A DNA stretch of 63,117 bases, the filler included, from Phoronis australis (taxonomy: Eukaryota > Animalia > Phoronida), in NCBI GenBank assembly GCA_002633005.1. It is 5 parts of 5 records of this genome, joined end to end, with 100 filler letters (N's around TTAATTAATTAA, not from the genome) between each part and the next. Parts side by side here need not be neighbours in the genome. Positions count along the whole stretch, not along the records: positions 10,170 to 26,504 come from NMRA01001510.1; 4 more parts are not named here. One strand, 5' to 3'. The notes under the pieces are model-generated. The model was not told the DNA's origin. It saw nothing but the letters and a program-made list of their open reading frames with translations, and made no database searches. A program made the translations under genes and the position numbers. This document shows positions 12,315 through 24,587 of the stretch, piece by piece. Within the stretch, counting starts at the first letter, position 1. Every line of letters starts with the position of its first letter.

Positions 12315-12700
12315 AGCTAGACTAGATATCCAAGGTACCGGCTAAAACTGATTTAAAATCGTACTGAACACTAAATGACCCATGACAGACAAATTGGACT
12401 CTGGAATGGGTCTGGCAGAAACCAAAAAGGACGCACAAAAATGAACCAGCACATACATTCGAGGTATCTCAAAAAAACAATTCCATGTGATTCAATACAT
12501 GCCACTGGTCACTAAATGCCCAATGAAAGACAAAATACCCTGGCGGGATTGTGCCTGGCAGAAACCCTAAAAAATCACAACCATGGTATGTCATTGAAAT
12601 TTTGAGCTACGTTAGATTCCCGAGGTACCAGCTAAAACTGACCTAAAACCAATAATCATGCTGCACCAGATGACCCACAACACAAATTGTGCTCTGGAGC
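12315..12700. repeat. Degenerate tandem repeat, about three units of 130-160 bp
   Basis: Recurring aggtac...aaaac...cactaaatg(a)ccc...tggcagaaacc motifs. Confidence 0.6.
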
Positions 12701-13974
12701 ATAATTTGCCGCCTTTTGTAACAAAGAAGTGGGTTGTCCGTTTCAAAAACTGCACGCTCGTGACACGGCGCATGCCCCATTTCCTAAAAGTTTGAAAAGT
12801 CTTTCGGGAGATGATGACAGCTTCGTAGCACCAAGGTTTGATCTAAAATTCGGTTTGCTTGTAGAAAAATTCTGAAAACCATAATGTAACGAAAAGAAAC
12901 AGTTCCGATAATTTGTTGTGACATGTATGCTACTTAGGTGCCGGCAGCGAAGAACACTCGATAAAAGAATCGTGGGGAAAAGAAACTGGTAAAGGTCAGG
13001 AGAGTGACATAATCGCAAAAATACGACTCAAGAGAACACATCACAATTTTAGCTACAGTCGATTAACGTTCGCTAACTTTTCCAACCTAGGTAAATACTG
13101 AAGTTAGTTTACTCTAGGAACCTGGTTCCTAGGTTTACTCAAGGATGAGGTTATTTTTAACAACATTAATTTTGAGTCAGATTTTTTGTCCATTTTTTTA
13201 CCCATATCGGCACAAACCTACATAGGCCTATATATAATATACAGCTTTGGGCCAAGGCTTGGGTAACCTGGCAATGGTATGCGATGACACCTTTTTCGAA
13301 GAGTTTGAACAACCACGTGCCTTACAAAAAGGCATGGCGAACCTTTTACAGCACTTTGGCAAACCATAAAAAATAAGGACGTTTCATACAATTATAAATT
13401 ACGATGTAAACTCTTCAAAATAGGACATAAGCAATGATGAAATGTTGCTGATACCCCGCCATTCAAGAAAGTCACTGACACGTCAGCCAATCAGCAATCG
13501 CTTTCAGGATTCAGTTTTTTGACCATGAATACGAATTGGCTTTTTTTAGCCCGCAAGTGGGGCAAATATGAGTTCTATTTGTATGTTGGAACCAATTAAC
13601 TGCAACATTATTTTGACTGCAGTCCCCTTTTAAGTTGAAGTCTGAAGGTAGACATTTTTTCGAGAACTAGTGACTGCGGTCACTGGGTAGCTGGTAACGG
13701 ACATACAAAACACGGAACAATTTGATGTGGAACAGGTCCCAGCATTCAGTGATTGAACTGAGTGATTTGAACTAGATTTCACTGAAAGGGGTTGTAAGGA
13801 ACAAAAATAGCCAACATCGAAGTCAGTTATGCTTTATATGGGCGTTTTATACGATGTAGTAAACAGTTTAATATACTAAATTTTCTGCCTACCACCACGC
13901 GTTTTGTTGACAGTGAGCTGCAACACAAAAAATGTTGCTTCATTAGATACGTGGCTTCACGTTCATTGATATTA

Positions 13975-15210
13975 GAATGTCTAATCTCTGTCTTTATTTA
14001 TATGTTACGAAATAGCAACTTTAATAGATATTGTATCTTAAAAAATAATAGAAAGAGAAAGTGCATGTTTTTGTAGTCCGAAAAGCCAACAGTTAACTTT
14101 TCTCAGACTTTTTTTCCTTTAAAACTATCGACCTAGGCCATGTATGAGCAAAATGACCGTGTCTTTTCAGAGTGGCAAAATATTTTCTATTTCCACAGCT
14201 AGGCCTCCCATTTTTGCATATACATGTCATAGTATAATCAGTTGTTGCCACCACTATTTCAGACAGGTTTGAAATCATAGGAACAATAATATTTTTTTAG
14301 CTTTTAGCTATTTAAAACCCGTTACTATGGCGTCAGTTTTTAAACTATTGGCTCCCTCTTCTCAAACGCATCCTTTTGCTCTTGCATTGCCAAAATCTAT
14401 CAACCTGCCTGCAAATGATTGTGTGCTTTTATTTCCTTCCACCACAATGTCTTTAAAAAATTGTCATTCCTAACTAAGTTGGTAGACAGAACCTGTCCGT
14501 CGGCATCAGAAACTTTGGCCTTGTGTGGAGCATTAGCCATGATTCCATAGCAATAAAACACTGGCTGAAATATTATGCTCGTGGATTAAAATGGGTGTTT
14601 TCTTCTATCTAATTGGCTTCCGAAATTGAATTCTCTATGAAAAATTGTTCTTGTGATTTGTTCCCGAACAAATGCGATAAATATTAGCCAAAATATGTCA
14701 TTGTTTCTGTTCATGGTACTAAGGGAAGTTTTTTTTACCGTAATGCCGGACTCACAATTGGGTGACCAGTGAGCGCCAAGAAGAGATTCCAAGAACGCTT
14801 TAACAATAAAAACGTGTTACCTCATCAGATCCTGGAAACTCCTTTTGTCTGGAGTTGAAACTGCACGGGGTACATTTTTTTGCTATACCAAAAAAATACT
14901 CGTGCTAAAATTACAATGGAAAGCGCATAGGGACACATCTATAAATTCGAGCTGGCATATTTGGTAAAATTTCATTCAATCAATCCAAGAAAGAAGGCAT
15001 TAAGTGCGTGAACCATTTTCCTCTGTGTGACAAATACAATGATGCAAACTCATGAAATATGAGGTTGCTTTCTAAAATGTAACAATGGTACATTTCTGGC
15101 ATGTGCATTTGATGTAAATTGTAACTACAATAACATAAGATGTAAAAACTTATTTTATTTTAGGATAGGCCTTGCATTGTGAAATGTAACAATTTTGTAA
15201 AATGTAACAG
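13975..15210 (-). repeat. Dispersed ~1.1-kb repeat, copy 2 (inverted relative to copy 1)
   Basis: Matches 3650-4788 in reverse complement; the end has repeated aaatgtaaca motifs. Confidence 0.8.
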
Positions 15211-15732
15211 TGTATCAGTGTTTATCTTTTGTTAGTTGGTATCCTTAGCTGTTCACAATTTATTTTTGTCTTTTGACCAATTTCCTAACATACCTTTATG
15301 ATATTGGATCAAAATTTTTCTTAGTCAAAATAGATAGGATTTCTAGGCTTGTGAACGACTGACAGTTGATTAGTGCTGTGAGGCCAGGCTCTACAAGATG
15401 GTTTGTGATACCGCGTCATTTTATTCTCTGAGCATGATGTCGAGGAGTAGTGAACTATTGGTTCATTGAAAGAATAAGAATCATTTCTCATTGTTGAGAC
15501 CAGTTTTGTAGTAGTAAGTGGTCTAAATTAAAATTTTGTTACTTCGTTGGAATGCGGGTTCATTTTCACATGTAAATGGTTGTTCTGACTATACGAAAGC
15601 CACAATGCTTTGGAAATTTTTACTCTTAGTGCAGTTTTGTACCAATTGCTGATTGAGATTTCAATGACACAAGTTATGTGATAAGGCATTCCAAGTTAAT
15701 TATGCAAAATTGAAACTTCATAGTGCAATTAC

Positions 15733-15808
15733 CTTCTTCTTGTCTTGCCATCTTGTCATGATTGTCTGGCAACTCAAACTTGTCCAAAGCCTCCACCAGT
15801 TCAGCCTC
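15733..15808 (-). CDS. Internal exon of an unidentified gene (EAELVEALDKFELPDNHDKMARQEE)
   Basis: Acceptor ctgattgcag, donor AG|gtaatt; 76 nt, phase 0->1, compatible with the phase-0 end of exon 16508-16411. Confidence 0.65.
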
Positions 15809-16410
15809 CTGCAATCAGTTATTAAACCCCTTTGTTAGTACCTTTTTTGTTGATCACAACGGTTCTAAGTTCAAAATTAAGAAACATTGTGTGCTACTTA
15901 TGTAGTGAATTAATTCAACATAAGCTTAAATCACATGGATGAAACCATACTATCCATTTAATTTGACTTTTTAAAAGTGTTGGCGTCTGATAGAAAGTCA
16001 TATTGTTTATGATACATGTGTTGCATTGTGTAATTCATGCGTTACTGGTCTGTTAATGCAACGTTACACGGGACCGAAAGTTTATATAAAAATACATTGT
16101 TCATGACGTGCATTTGGTGCGATGTGTTAAGGCAAGGAAAATGCAATGATGTATCATGGTTTTACTCATGCTGAAGTTTTCCTTTAATCAAATCTGGAAA
16201 CTGTATGTATACAATGTTCATTTGTCGTATATGACTCGTGCACGTGAAGTTGCTCCCTCAGGGTGTTAACCTGATAGAGCATTCAGGTAAGCCCCCTCCC
16301 CAACTTTGGTTTATGATCTCCTATGATTGGCTTAAAGAGGCATGGAATGGGAAATATAGTCAAGAATATCTTTAAAACAATTCCTGACAAAAGTACTTGC
16401 AACTTCTTAC

Positions 16411-16508
16411 AGAGTAATCCAATTCATACTGTGAGGCACACTCCATAGTCCTCTTGGTGTCGTCATCCTCATAAGAAGATTCGTAGCGTGAAGACGAACA
16501 GGAAGATT
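16411..16508 (-). CDS. Internal exon of the same gene (ESSCSSSRYESSYEDDDTKRTMECASQYELDYS)
   Basis: Acceptor ctctttcattgacag, donor gtaaga; 98 nt, phase 1->0; open, acidic and Ser-rich. Confidence 0.65.
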
Positions 16509-17460
16509 CTGTCAATGAAAGAGCATTTGTAAAAGCAATAACTGAGTGACTGTATACCTGAAACATCAGTGATAAGACAGTTCTGTACCCAAAAACTTTT
16601 AAATCCTGTAGACAACCACGTATCCCAATGACAGATGTTTACTGCATGGGGAGGTCCTCATTTTTTGTGAGTGCGCTAGCAACCTTTGGTTTCAATATCT
16701 TATGGTCATTAGTTTTTGATGATTGGAAACCGCAGTAGAGTATTACTAATACACACATTGAGTGAGAGTAATCACACACACACACCAGTTTTGTGACGTT
16801 CAAAAAGGTCTGAGTGTAAAGTTCCCCTGTTAATTAACAAAAAATGACTATGTTCGTAAGTGACGAAACATGTTTTCTTACTCCAGTTCATTTCTCGATA
16901 TTGGATTTACTTATGTAAGCAAGACAAATCTTGATGTGAAAGAATATCTTGCACCAAGCCAGAAAATGAGACATCTTAAATTTCTTTTATGGAGAGATGT
17001 TAGTTCTGTATAGAATTTTCTCATTCAAGGAAGGACTACAGTTGAATTTTGTTCTGGATACCTGATGACACCTTAGGTGGTTGCGTTGCTAGTTGACTCT
17101 CCTGAGCACCCAGTTGTCAGTCATTTAGATTACTACGGTGTATACAGTTTTGATTGTATTAAGGCCTATTAATTCACAACTTATACCCACAGACTTCTTG
17201 CATTGATCCTAAACACGTCAATGTCAAGAATGTTGAGATTTGTGGGTTAGCTACACTTGGAGGTAATTGTAAAGTAGCAGTGTTATGCTTATCTTTTGTT
17301 AGGTGATCTTATAAGCTTTTCTTGATTTATTTTTTAAAGTGGCGTTTAACCAAATTTCATTCGGTACTTACCAAATTGGATTAAAAACTTCCTGAGGCTG
17401 AAAGAACTGACAGTTCGTTACTACAGTGAGACCAGGCGGTACAGATTTACTTGTGCCAGG
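16500..17460. repeat. Old intragenic duplication unit, paralogous to 11060-11160, 11715-12125 and 15210-15420
   Basis: Collinear matches such as aaccacgtatcc...gaggt(t/c)ctcattttt, agccagaaa.tgagacatctta, ttgaattttgttctggata and ttatcttttgttag...actgacagtt. Confidence 0.8.
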
Positions 17461-17970
17461 CATCAAGTTTCCTATGTTTTCCTATTTTTTGAAAGACTCC
17501 TGTTTTCTCCTAGATTCATGTGGACATCTTATCAAGGTCATGGATTTATTTTGACATGACTGCTTACACAATTAGACCAAAGTTCTGAAAAAATCTCACA
17601 TCCATGAAAAATGAAATTCTTGTTCATTGCACAGTGACTCATCCTGTGAACTTAATATTTACCAATTTATAACAGATTGTGATAGACAAGTGAATTTTTT
17701 TGGGTTTTTTTCACAAAAGCTAAGAAGTGGAAATGAAAATTGATCCATGTTGTTTATTATTTTGTCCATAACTGTGATAAAAACTTTATTATGCAAATTT
17801 GGTTACAGTGCAACTCATTGCAAATTCAATTCCAAAGTGTCAATTCATCACTCCTAAGTAGTCAGCAAAAATGAGTGTAAAGGTACAACAAAAATCTAAT
17901 ACTTTAGGTGTTAGTTTCTACCTTAAGCAAAACCCTGGCTGTCCTGACTAAAATGTATTACGAATGTTAA

Positions 17971-18108
17971 AGACAGCCTTCAGCGGCTAAAACACCTTTT
18001 TGACATCAAGAATACAAGTACTGTTCATAAAAAATAATTGTTTTTGCTTCTTACATACCACAGAACGTAATTTATTGTGACGCAAATTATACCGCTCATA
18101 ATTCATAG
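17971..18108 (+). mobile_element. Kolobok-like terminal fragment
   Basis: TTAA|AGACAGC start; close match to 9540-9680. Confidence 0.6.
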
Positions 18109-21100
18109 TTTTAATATATTACAGAAACTCCCAATGCTGTGTTGCTATTAAATTTTCAATCATTGTGCAAATGAGTTTGACCGAGTCTACATTCAAAATG
18201 GCGGCGACTACGGGTTGCAGGATTTCAAGACAAATCATTTTGAAAATTAAGTTTCTAATATAAAATTTGGATGAATTTGAATATAACTGCTTTGTATGAA
18301 AAGATCAAGCTGATATGTGTTGTAATGTTTCCAAGTATTTTCCACCAAATTAAACGGTCCATTGTCACCCATTCAAATAGGGGACACACACTCGGCAGTG
18401 GCCCAAATCGTAATGGCTGAGCGTTCAAGACTGAGACATGAATGCAAACTTCCTAATATCAAAGTTCTTGGATTAAGCAAAGTACACCTTCATAATAAAC
18501 ATTTATTTATGAAATTGCCTGATAGCAATGCGGACGAAGCATTTTGTTTCTCCAGCTGTTTCGGCAACCCCAATTATCCTCCGGGGATTCCCATACACAA
18601 CCATATGAGAATGTGTGCTAAATAACTGATTAAAAAGTTGTGAAGGTAATGATTTTGACCAATTTTAATAGTAATTGACAGGAATGTTTCCTTGATTTTC
18701 CACGTAATAAGCTCAAAATTAAACGGCCAGTCATCACTCAAATTCCAGTATGATGGAGACAGTGAATGTCAAATTGGTTACACCGATGATGTCATAGACT
18801 TCGATTGGTGCAAGCACCATCTTGTTTTTTTGGCGTGATCGGGCTGCTATATTGTAAAAGGCCTACTTAATTAACGACGCAAGTGTTCATTTGGTCAAGT
18901 GACTCATACATACATAGGCACTAATTTAATATACTTGTGCAACTTTGTGATTTATATCCACAATGGTGTTTCTTGTATAATGCTTGTGCTTTGGGTCATT
19001 TTTGTTTGAAGGTGACTTTTTTCTAATAAGTGTAGTATTCGTAGTCCCTTCTCAGGCCTGTCTGTAAGCAGCCTGCTTTTTTCTGCTCTGATTTTTAACA
19101 GTTTGTTCATCGGTAACTAAGGCACAAACTTTATCTGAACAAACTGAGACATTACTTTCTTGTATTTTGAGATACAAATCAATACAATTGATCAATTTTA
19201 TGAAACTATTATAGGGTGATTCAAATAAAACGTCAAAAATGTTTTTGATTATTGTATAGTTATTTCTAAAGAAATTTCTTCCAATCTTTACAAATCAAAA
19301 CAACATGCTACAAGTAGATGTCATCTCTATTATGTTACATAAATAATATATTGTCTGTTTAAAATTTGTTCGGAGTTTTCGATCATTTTGCTACGTTACC
19401 ACACGGTGTTTCATGTCCACGAACCAATAAGGGCCAATAATGCAATGTTTTGATTGGCTCCTCTCTTACCGTCAGCTTCATCGCTCGTACTTGGTTTTTT
19501 CGTTTCTTTCTCCGCCATTTTTCTGCAATACAATTGCATTAAACTACTTGTAAAATCCACTGACATGGTGCAAAATTGAGTATTCCCAGGTTTACTTATC
19601 TGGCAAAAGTAAACAAACTTCAGACTGTGTGACCAAAGTAGGCCATCCTTTCAATGCTACAATACAGTTACTATACAACTACATATGTAAGCTGAATATG
19701 AGCTGATGAACAAAATGAGTGTACCGTGAGCAAAAATTGTAAAGGAAAACTATTGGTAGAAGATTACTAAGAACAGCTAAATTCTGCAGCAAGAACATGG
19801 TTTCAAGGTCTGGGCTGAAACAACAGACCTACAATGACAAGGAGGTAGGATGTATGCTGCAACTGACTCAGCCTGCTTAAAAAGATGGACTGAAACCACA
19901 GACTCATTGGCTGGCTGAAAAAAATAGATCTGAGTGAATTTAAGGAAACTGGAGCATAGGACTATCTGGGAGGCTGAGGAGACATGGTTATGAGGAAAAG
20001 GCATACATGTGAAAATAGTTTTTGAAATCGTCAAATTTCCAACGTCCTATATGCGTTAGACCTTAACCGAGTTCTGGGATACCACCACCTAATGCAAAAA
20101 CTATATAACTTATAAGGCTGAATGTCTAGGCCCACAAGGGAAACAACCATGACCAGTAACGTATGTTAAACCTTGTCGGGTACCCCTGAAAAAGAAGTGT
20201 CAAGTTCAAAAGCAGGGACTATAACTACACCTGCAGATGAACCATTGAAAAGTGATGTAGTTTCGGATGAACAAAGACGGGTAAGTTATGGTAATGAGTG
20301 ATTAAAGGGGGCGGTAGGTTACGAAGTGGGAGTTGGGATGTTAAATGTGTGCTTATGGAGGCTAGACCTGTAAAATAAAGTGAACCCTGTCCGGATGGTA
20401 GAGGTGGTCAGGTGAGGGTCTGACCAAAAACCCACCTGTGGGGAGCAGAAAAATTTGTGGGACTCGTGGGAAAAAAGAACTTGGAGGAAAAAAACTAGAA
20501 CCTGCAACTAAAGCTCCTCCCAGTTCAGATGAATCGTATAAACAATCAACACATGGTTTTAATGTGTGGTCGGCACACCAGTACAGCAGACAATAGATCA
20601 ACGCTAAGCTCCGCCCACGTGACAGCCATATTTGTTTTGGTCATTTGTGGTGCTTCACAAGTTCGAAAAAATGATTAAAATTACGCTGTAAACAAACAGG
20701 TATGTCACATTTTCTAAACTAGAAGTGAATATCAGCTTTATTTCTAGTACTTCAACAAAAATTGGAACATAATGGCCACGCATTCTGAACGAAATTTGAT
20801 CTCAAGTGGCAATCGATGACCGGTTAACTTCAAAGCCGATTTTCTCGGCTCGTGATTTCAGGATAGTGATATTTTTCCACTATACGGGGGTTAATTTTTA
20901 CGAAATTTTCAAATTTGAAATCCTCTAGGACTGAAGTAAAATCGCGTGCCCGGTTTTTTGATAAATGGACCAGATTTTTAGTTATTAGACGGAAAGTGAC
21001 CAAATGACAAAAAAAGGTGCGCTTTCCTCAACTCGCATGCAAAAAATGCCGCAAAATCAAGATCATAATGATTTTGTACTTATATTTGGTGTGGATAAGT

Positions 21101-22189
21101 AGAATATTGCGTAAGGAAGCAGTTGATGATAATCCCTGTGCATTTTGAAAAAAATGAGGTAAAATTGGATTTTTTGAAAATTAAAAAATAAGATTTTTTA
21201 GAAAATCAACTAGTACATGCCTAACCAGTTAAAACTGCCTTTTTACTCATTTTAGTTAGGAACCTGGAGATTTGACCAGTGTTACACCTACCTTAAAACC
21301 ACCATTTACCTCATTTTTACATTAGTGAGCACATTGTCGTCATTAAACTTTTAGTTCCTGTATTAAGCACTGCATGTCACAACTGTAAATTCAATATCCC
21401 AAAAAGCAAAACGAGAAAACAGAAGAAACACAACTTCAATGAGAGTTCCCTTAGCTCCACAGACATGAGTGTGATGTATGAACGTACCCAGGACCAGTGT
21501 GTCATGTCCACAAACGTTTGTCAGTTTTGTGTACAAACTTGCACCATAACGTCGCTTCCCCGATATCCCTCGGAAAAGTGAAAAGAGGTACCGTTGCAGC
21601 GTGCTCAAATACTGAGTCGTCACCACCACCACCACAAATGCAATTTACTCCCATATTTCATCTAATTAACCAGATCTCTAACTCACAATAGAAACTGAAT
21701 CAGTTTTGAGGATCCAATGTAGCCTAAAGAGCATGCTCAAGACATGGATGAAGATGGAGCCCAGATCTTTGCTACCGATCTCAAGAAAAACAAGGTTGAG
21801 TATGTCACGAATTGGGACAAGACGGGAGGACTGGATAACCTTAGGGTCGGGAGAACATTTCCACTCAAGATGCCATGGGACGAGATGGTTAAACTGGGAG
21901 GGTCGAAAAAGGAACGCGAATGTGACTGGGGTGGTTTGAATACAAAGTTGACTCTGAGCACTGAATATATAAGAACTGCCGAGCAGCAAAACTTGACAAA
22001 TCATGGTATTTAGTGAGATGAGAACAGAGGCAGGAGACTTACCTCGAATAAGGTCAAGTTACGTGGAGATGAAACAAGAAAAACACAACACGTCTTCAGT
22101 GACTTAAAGAAACCGTTGAATGAGCTAGGTAACGCTGACACAAAAAAGAAATAACTGACCAATGAGAGAATGAATATGACTGCTACGCA

Positions 22190-22630
22190 CAGTAATCAAT
22201 ATTGGTCGATCAGTAGAAATAAGAGAGCAAAACTGCAAAATAATCAATATTGGTGGATCAATAGAATTGACAAGAATGACAGCAAAACTATGCAAAATAA
22301 TCAATATTGGTGAATCAATAGAAATGACAAAAATGAGTGTAAAACTATGCAGAAAAATCAATATTGGTGGATTGATAGAATATAGAAATGACAAAAATGA
22401 GAGCATAACTATGCAAAATAATCAATGTTGGTGGATCAATGGAATTGACAAGAATGACAGCAAAACTATGCAAAATAATCAATATTAGTGGATCAATAGA
22501 AATGACAAAAATGAGTGTAAAACTATGCAAAATAATTGGTGGATCAATAGAATATAGAAATGACAGAAATGCAGAGCAATACTATACAAAATAATCAACA
22601 TGGGTGGATCAATAGACATGACATAGAGCA
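22190..22630. repeat. Minisatellite, ~57-bp unit, about 8 copies, with higher-order ABC-ABC structure
   Basis: Unit aaaactatgcaaaataatcaatattggtggatcaatagaa(a/t)tgacaa...; the ORFs listed here are repeat artefacts. Confidence 0.9.
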
Positions 22631-23332
22631 AAGTTGTTATGATCAATCCTACAAGATCTTTTAAATTGTCCCTGACCACGCATTTTCTTAAATTTTGATG
22701 TTTCAGTTGGTTAATATGAGATGATTACCATAAAATCTATAATTTAATAAGAACTTTTTATGCCAAGTAGTAGCAAATTTTTTAATTTTGAAGAAAATTA
22801 GTTATTTCCAAGTGTCTGGCCAAAGGATGTAATGGGTAAAAGACATTTGGTCTCTTGACAAACAATTGCAGTGGCGGAACACAGCAGGTCAGAAGACATT
22901 AAGACGATTTTGAGAGAGAACTGAACAGTTATGCAGACAGAGGGGAAAGTGGATACGGGCATTACACTCAAGTACTGGAAAAATCAGACAGCGAATTGGA
23001 TTTTCAATTTAGCGAATTTTGCAGTTTTAAGGCAGTATGAACTCGACCATATTGCACGAGAAATGCTGTAGACATATGTCAGCCACAACCAACTGAACCA
23101 AGGGTGGGTCAGTTTTTACAAAATACACACTTGATAATCATTGATAAAGGTCAAAGTGAACCTGGGTCACTTGTATTCACTACTGCCATGATGGAATTAG
23201 CACGGTCTAAATACAACGCATAAGCCTACGTGTAGTAGCACTCGATCTGGGTCGGGGTCGAGGGCCTGGCATCATTCGCCTTAAAATGGAAGCATTTTGT
23301 TCATTATTTATAAAATTTGCAAATACACTTAC

Positions 23333-23549
23333 AAGGTGTCCTTCATCGTAACGCCGCTTTTGTGTTTGATCGAGGCACGATTTCTTGAAATGTGCTGAAC
23401 AAAGTGTGTCTCCCCACTGCATCCCACACTCTGGTGCTGTACACAAACCGATGCCATTTCTGTGCAACATTCTCACATTTAGGAAATTTGAACTCAGAAA
23501 CATTCTCGGTCAAGTTGTTACTACATCCTCAACAAACGCACCTTTTCAT
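23333..23549 (-). pseudogene. THAP-domain pseudo-exon, probably transposon-derived
   Basis: MKRCVC*GCSNNLTENVSEFKFPKCENVAQKWHRFV then a frameshift to LCSAHFKKSC, giving the C2CH THAP signature (C..GC, FP, W, CSxHF). One stop and one frameshift; ends at a gtaagt donor. Confidence 0.8.
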
Positions 23550-24587
23550 GTGTGAAAAAGGCGGCTCTCCGCAGACTTTCTTTTCAACTCCTTAGTGTCA
23601 CACTGGCAACAACAACGTAAAAGATGGTGTAGGAGCCATGGGTATTGAACACACGGGATAGTCGGATATCATACGTTTATTCACAACTAAGTTGACGGAA
23701 CTGTCCAACAAGGCCGGTTTCACTGAAACAAATATAACAAATAATAAGTCTTGGGAAATACAGCGTTCACGTTACAATACAATAAAGATATTCCATATAA
23801 TGTAGCTTGGGCTAAACAGTCTTACACAATACGAGAAACAGCCAGTGAATTCTACGGTAGTATGAGAAAAATAGTATAATGTTACAATGATATAGGCTCT
23901 AAGGCTCCATGAAAACATCGTTAGTGTTGTAAGCGTTACTAGTATAGCGGTTCATGTCAAGAAGGCCAGATAGTACCGGAATGTCGGTTATATAAGAAGC
24001 TTTAGCCAATTTACACATGTGACATTATGCAAGGTTACGCACTACTAAATAAAATAGTGCATCAACAGACGGTCTTCCACCCATTACATACAACTCTGAT
24101 AACAGAAAAATATTTTTGAATTTTTTTGGCTTGTTTCTTAGTAACAGTATACTACAGGATTTTTAGTCTCTTAAGATGTATTAATAAATTCTTTTCGAGA
24201 CACTGAGCCATGGTGGGAACTCTTTTTAAAGCTCGTGCATAGCAATTTTTAAGCCCTAAAAGTATGTAGAATCGGGCTTGTGTAAAACTTCTAACAGTTA
24301 ACGAAATGTGATATGACAAAATTTAGCTTTGTAGATATTTGATTAAAAGCAGAATTGTAATATGAAGGTCCTACATAACCTTAAACTTAAACCTTCAAGG
24401 AGGTAATATAAGTACATCAATTGAGGTAAACATAAGCCACAAAAAATTAACACGAGCAGCTTTTATCCAGAGTTGATGCTCCTTTATCGGAATCCTGTTT
24501 TACGTGGAGTTATATGTCTTGCTATGTTGTATATTCAGCACTTAGTTGCATTCATGTGGCATTTCTCACTATCTAGTTTCGAGACCA

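Noticed and set aside
13780-13930. Solo LTR after gaaagggg-TGTAAGG
   Set aside because: No second copy, target duplication or clear internal domain.
19770-20290. Retrotransposon gag-like remnant (NSAARTWFQGL...)
   Set aside because: Only one short motif among many stops; not enough to call.
22190-22630. CRISPR-like array
   Set aside because: Units are contiguous with no unique spacers, there are no cas genes, and the context is eukaryotic.
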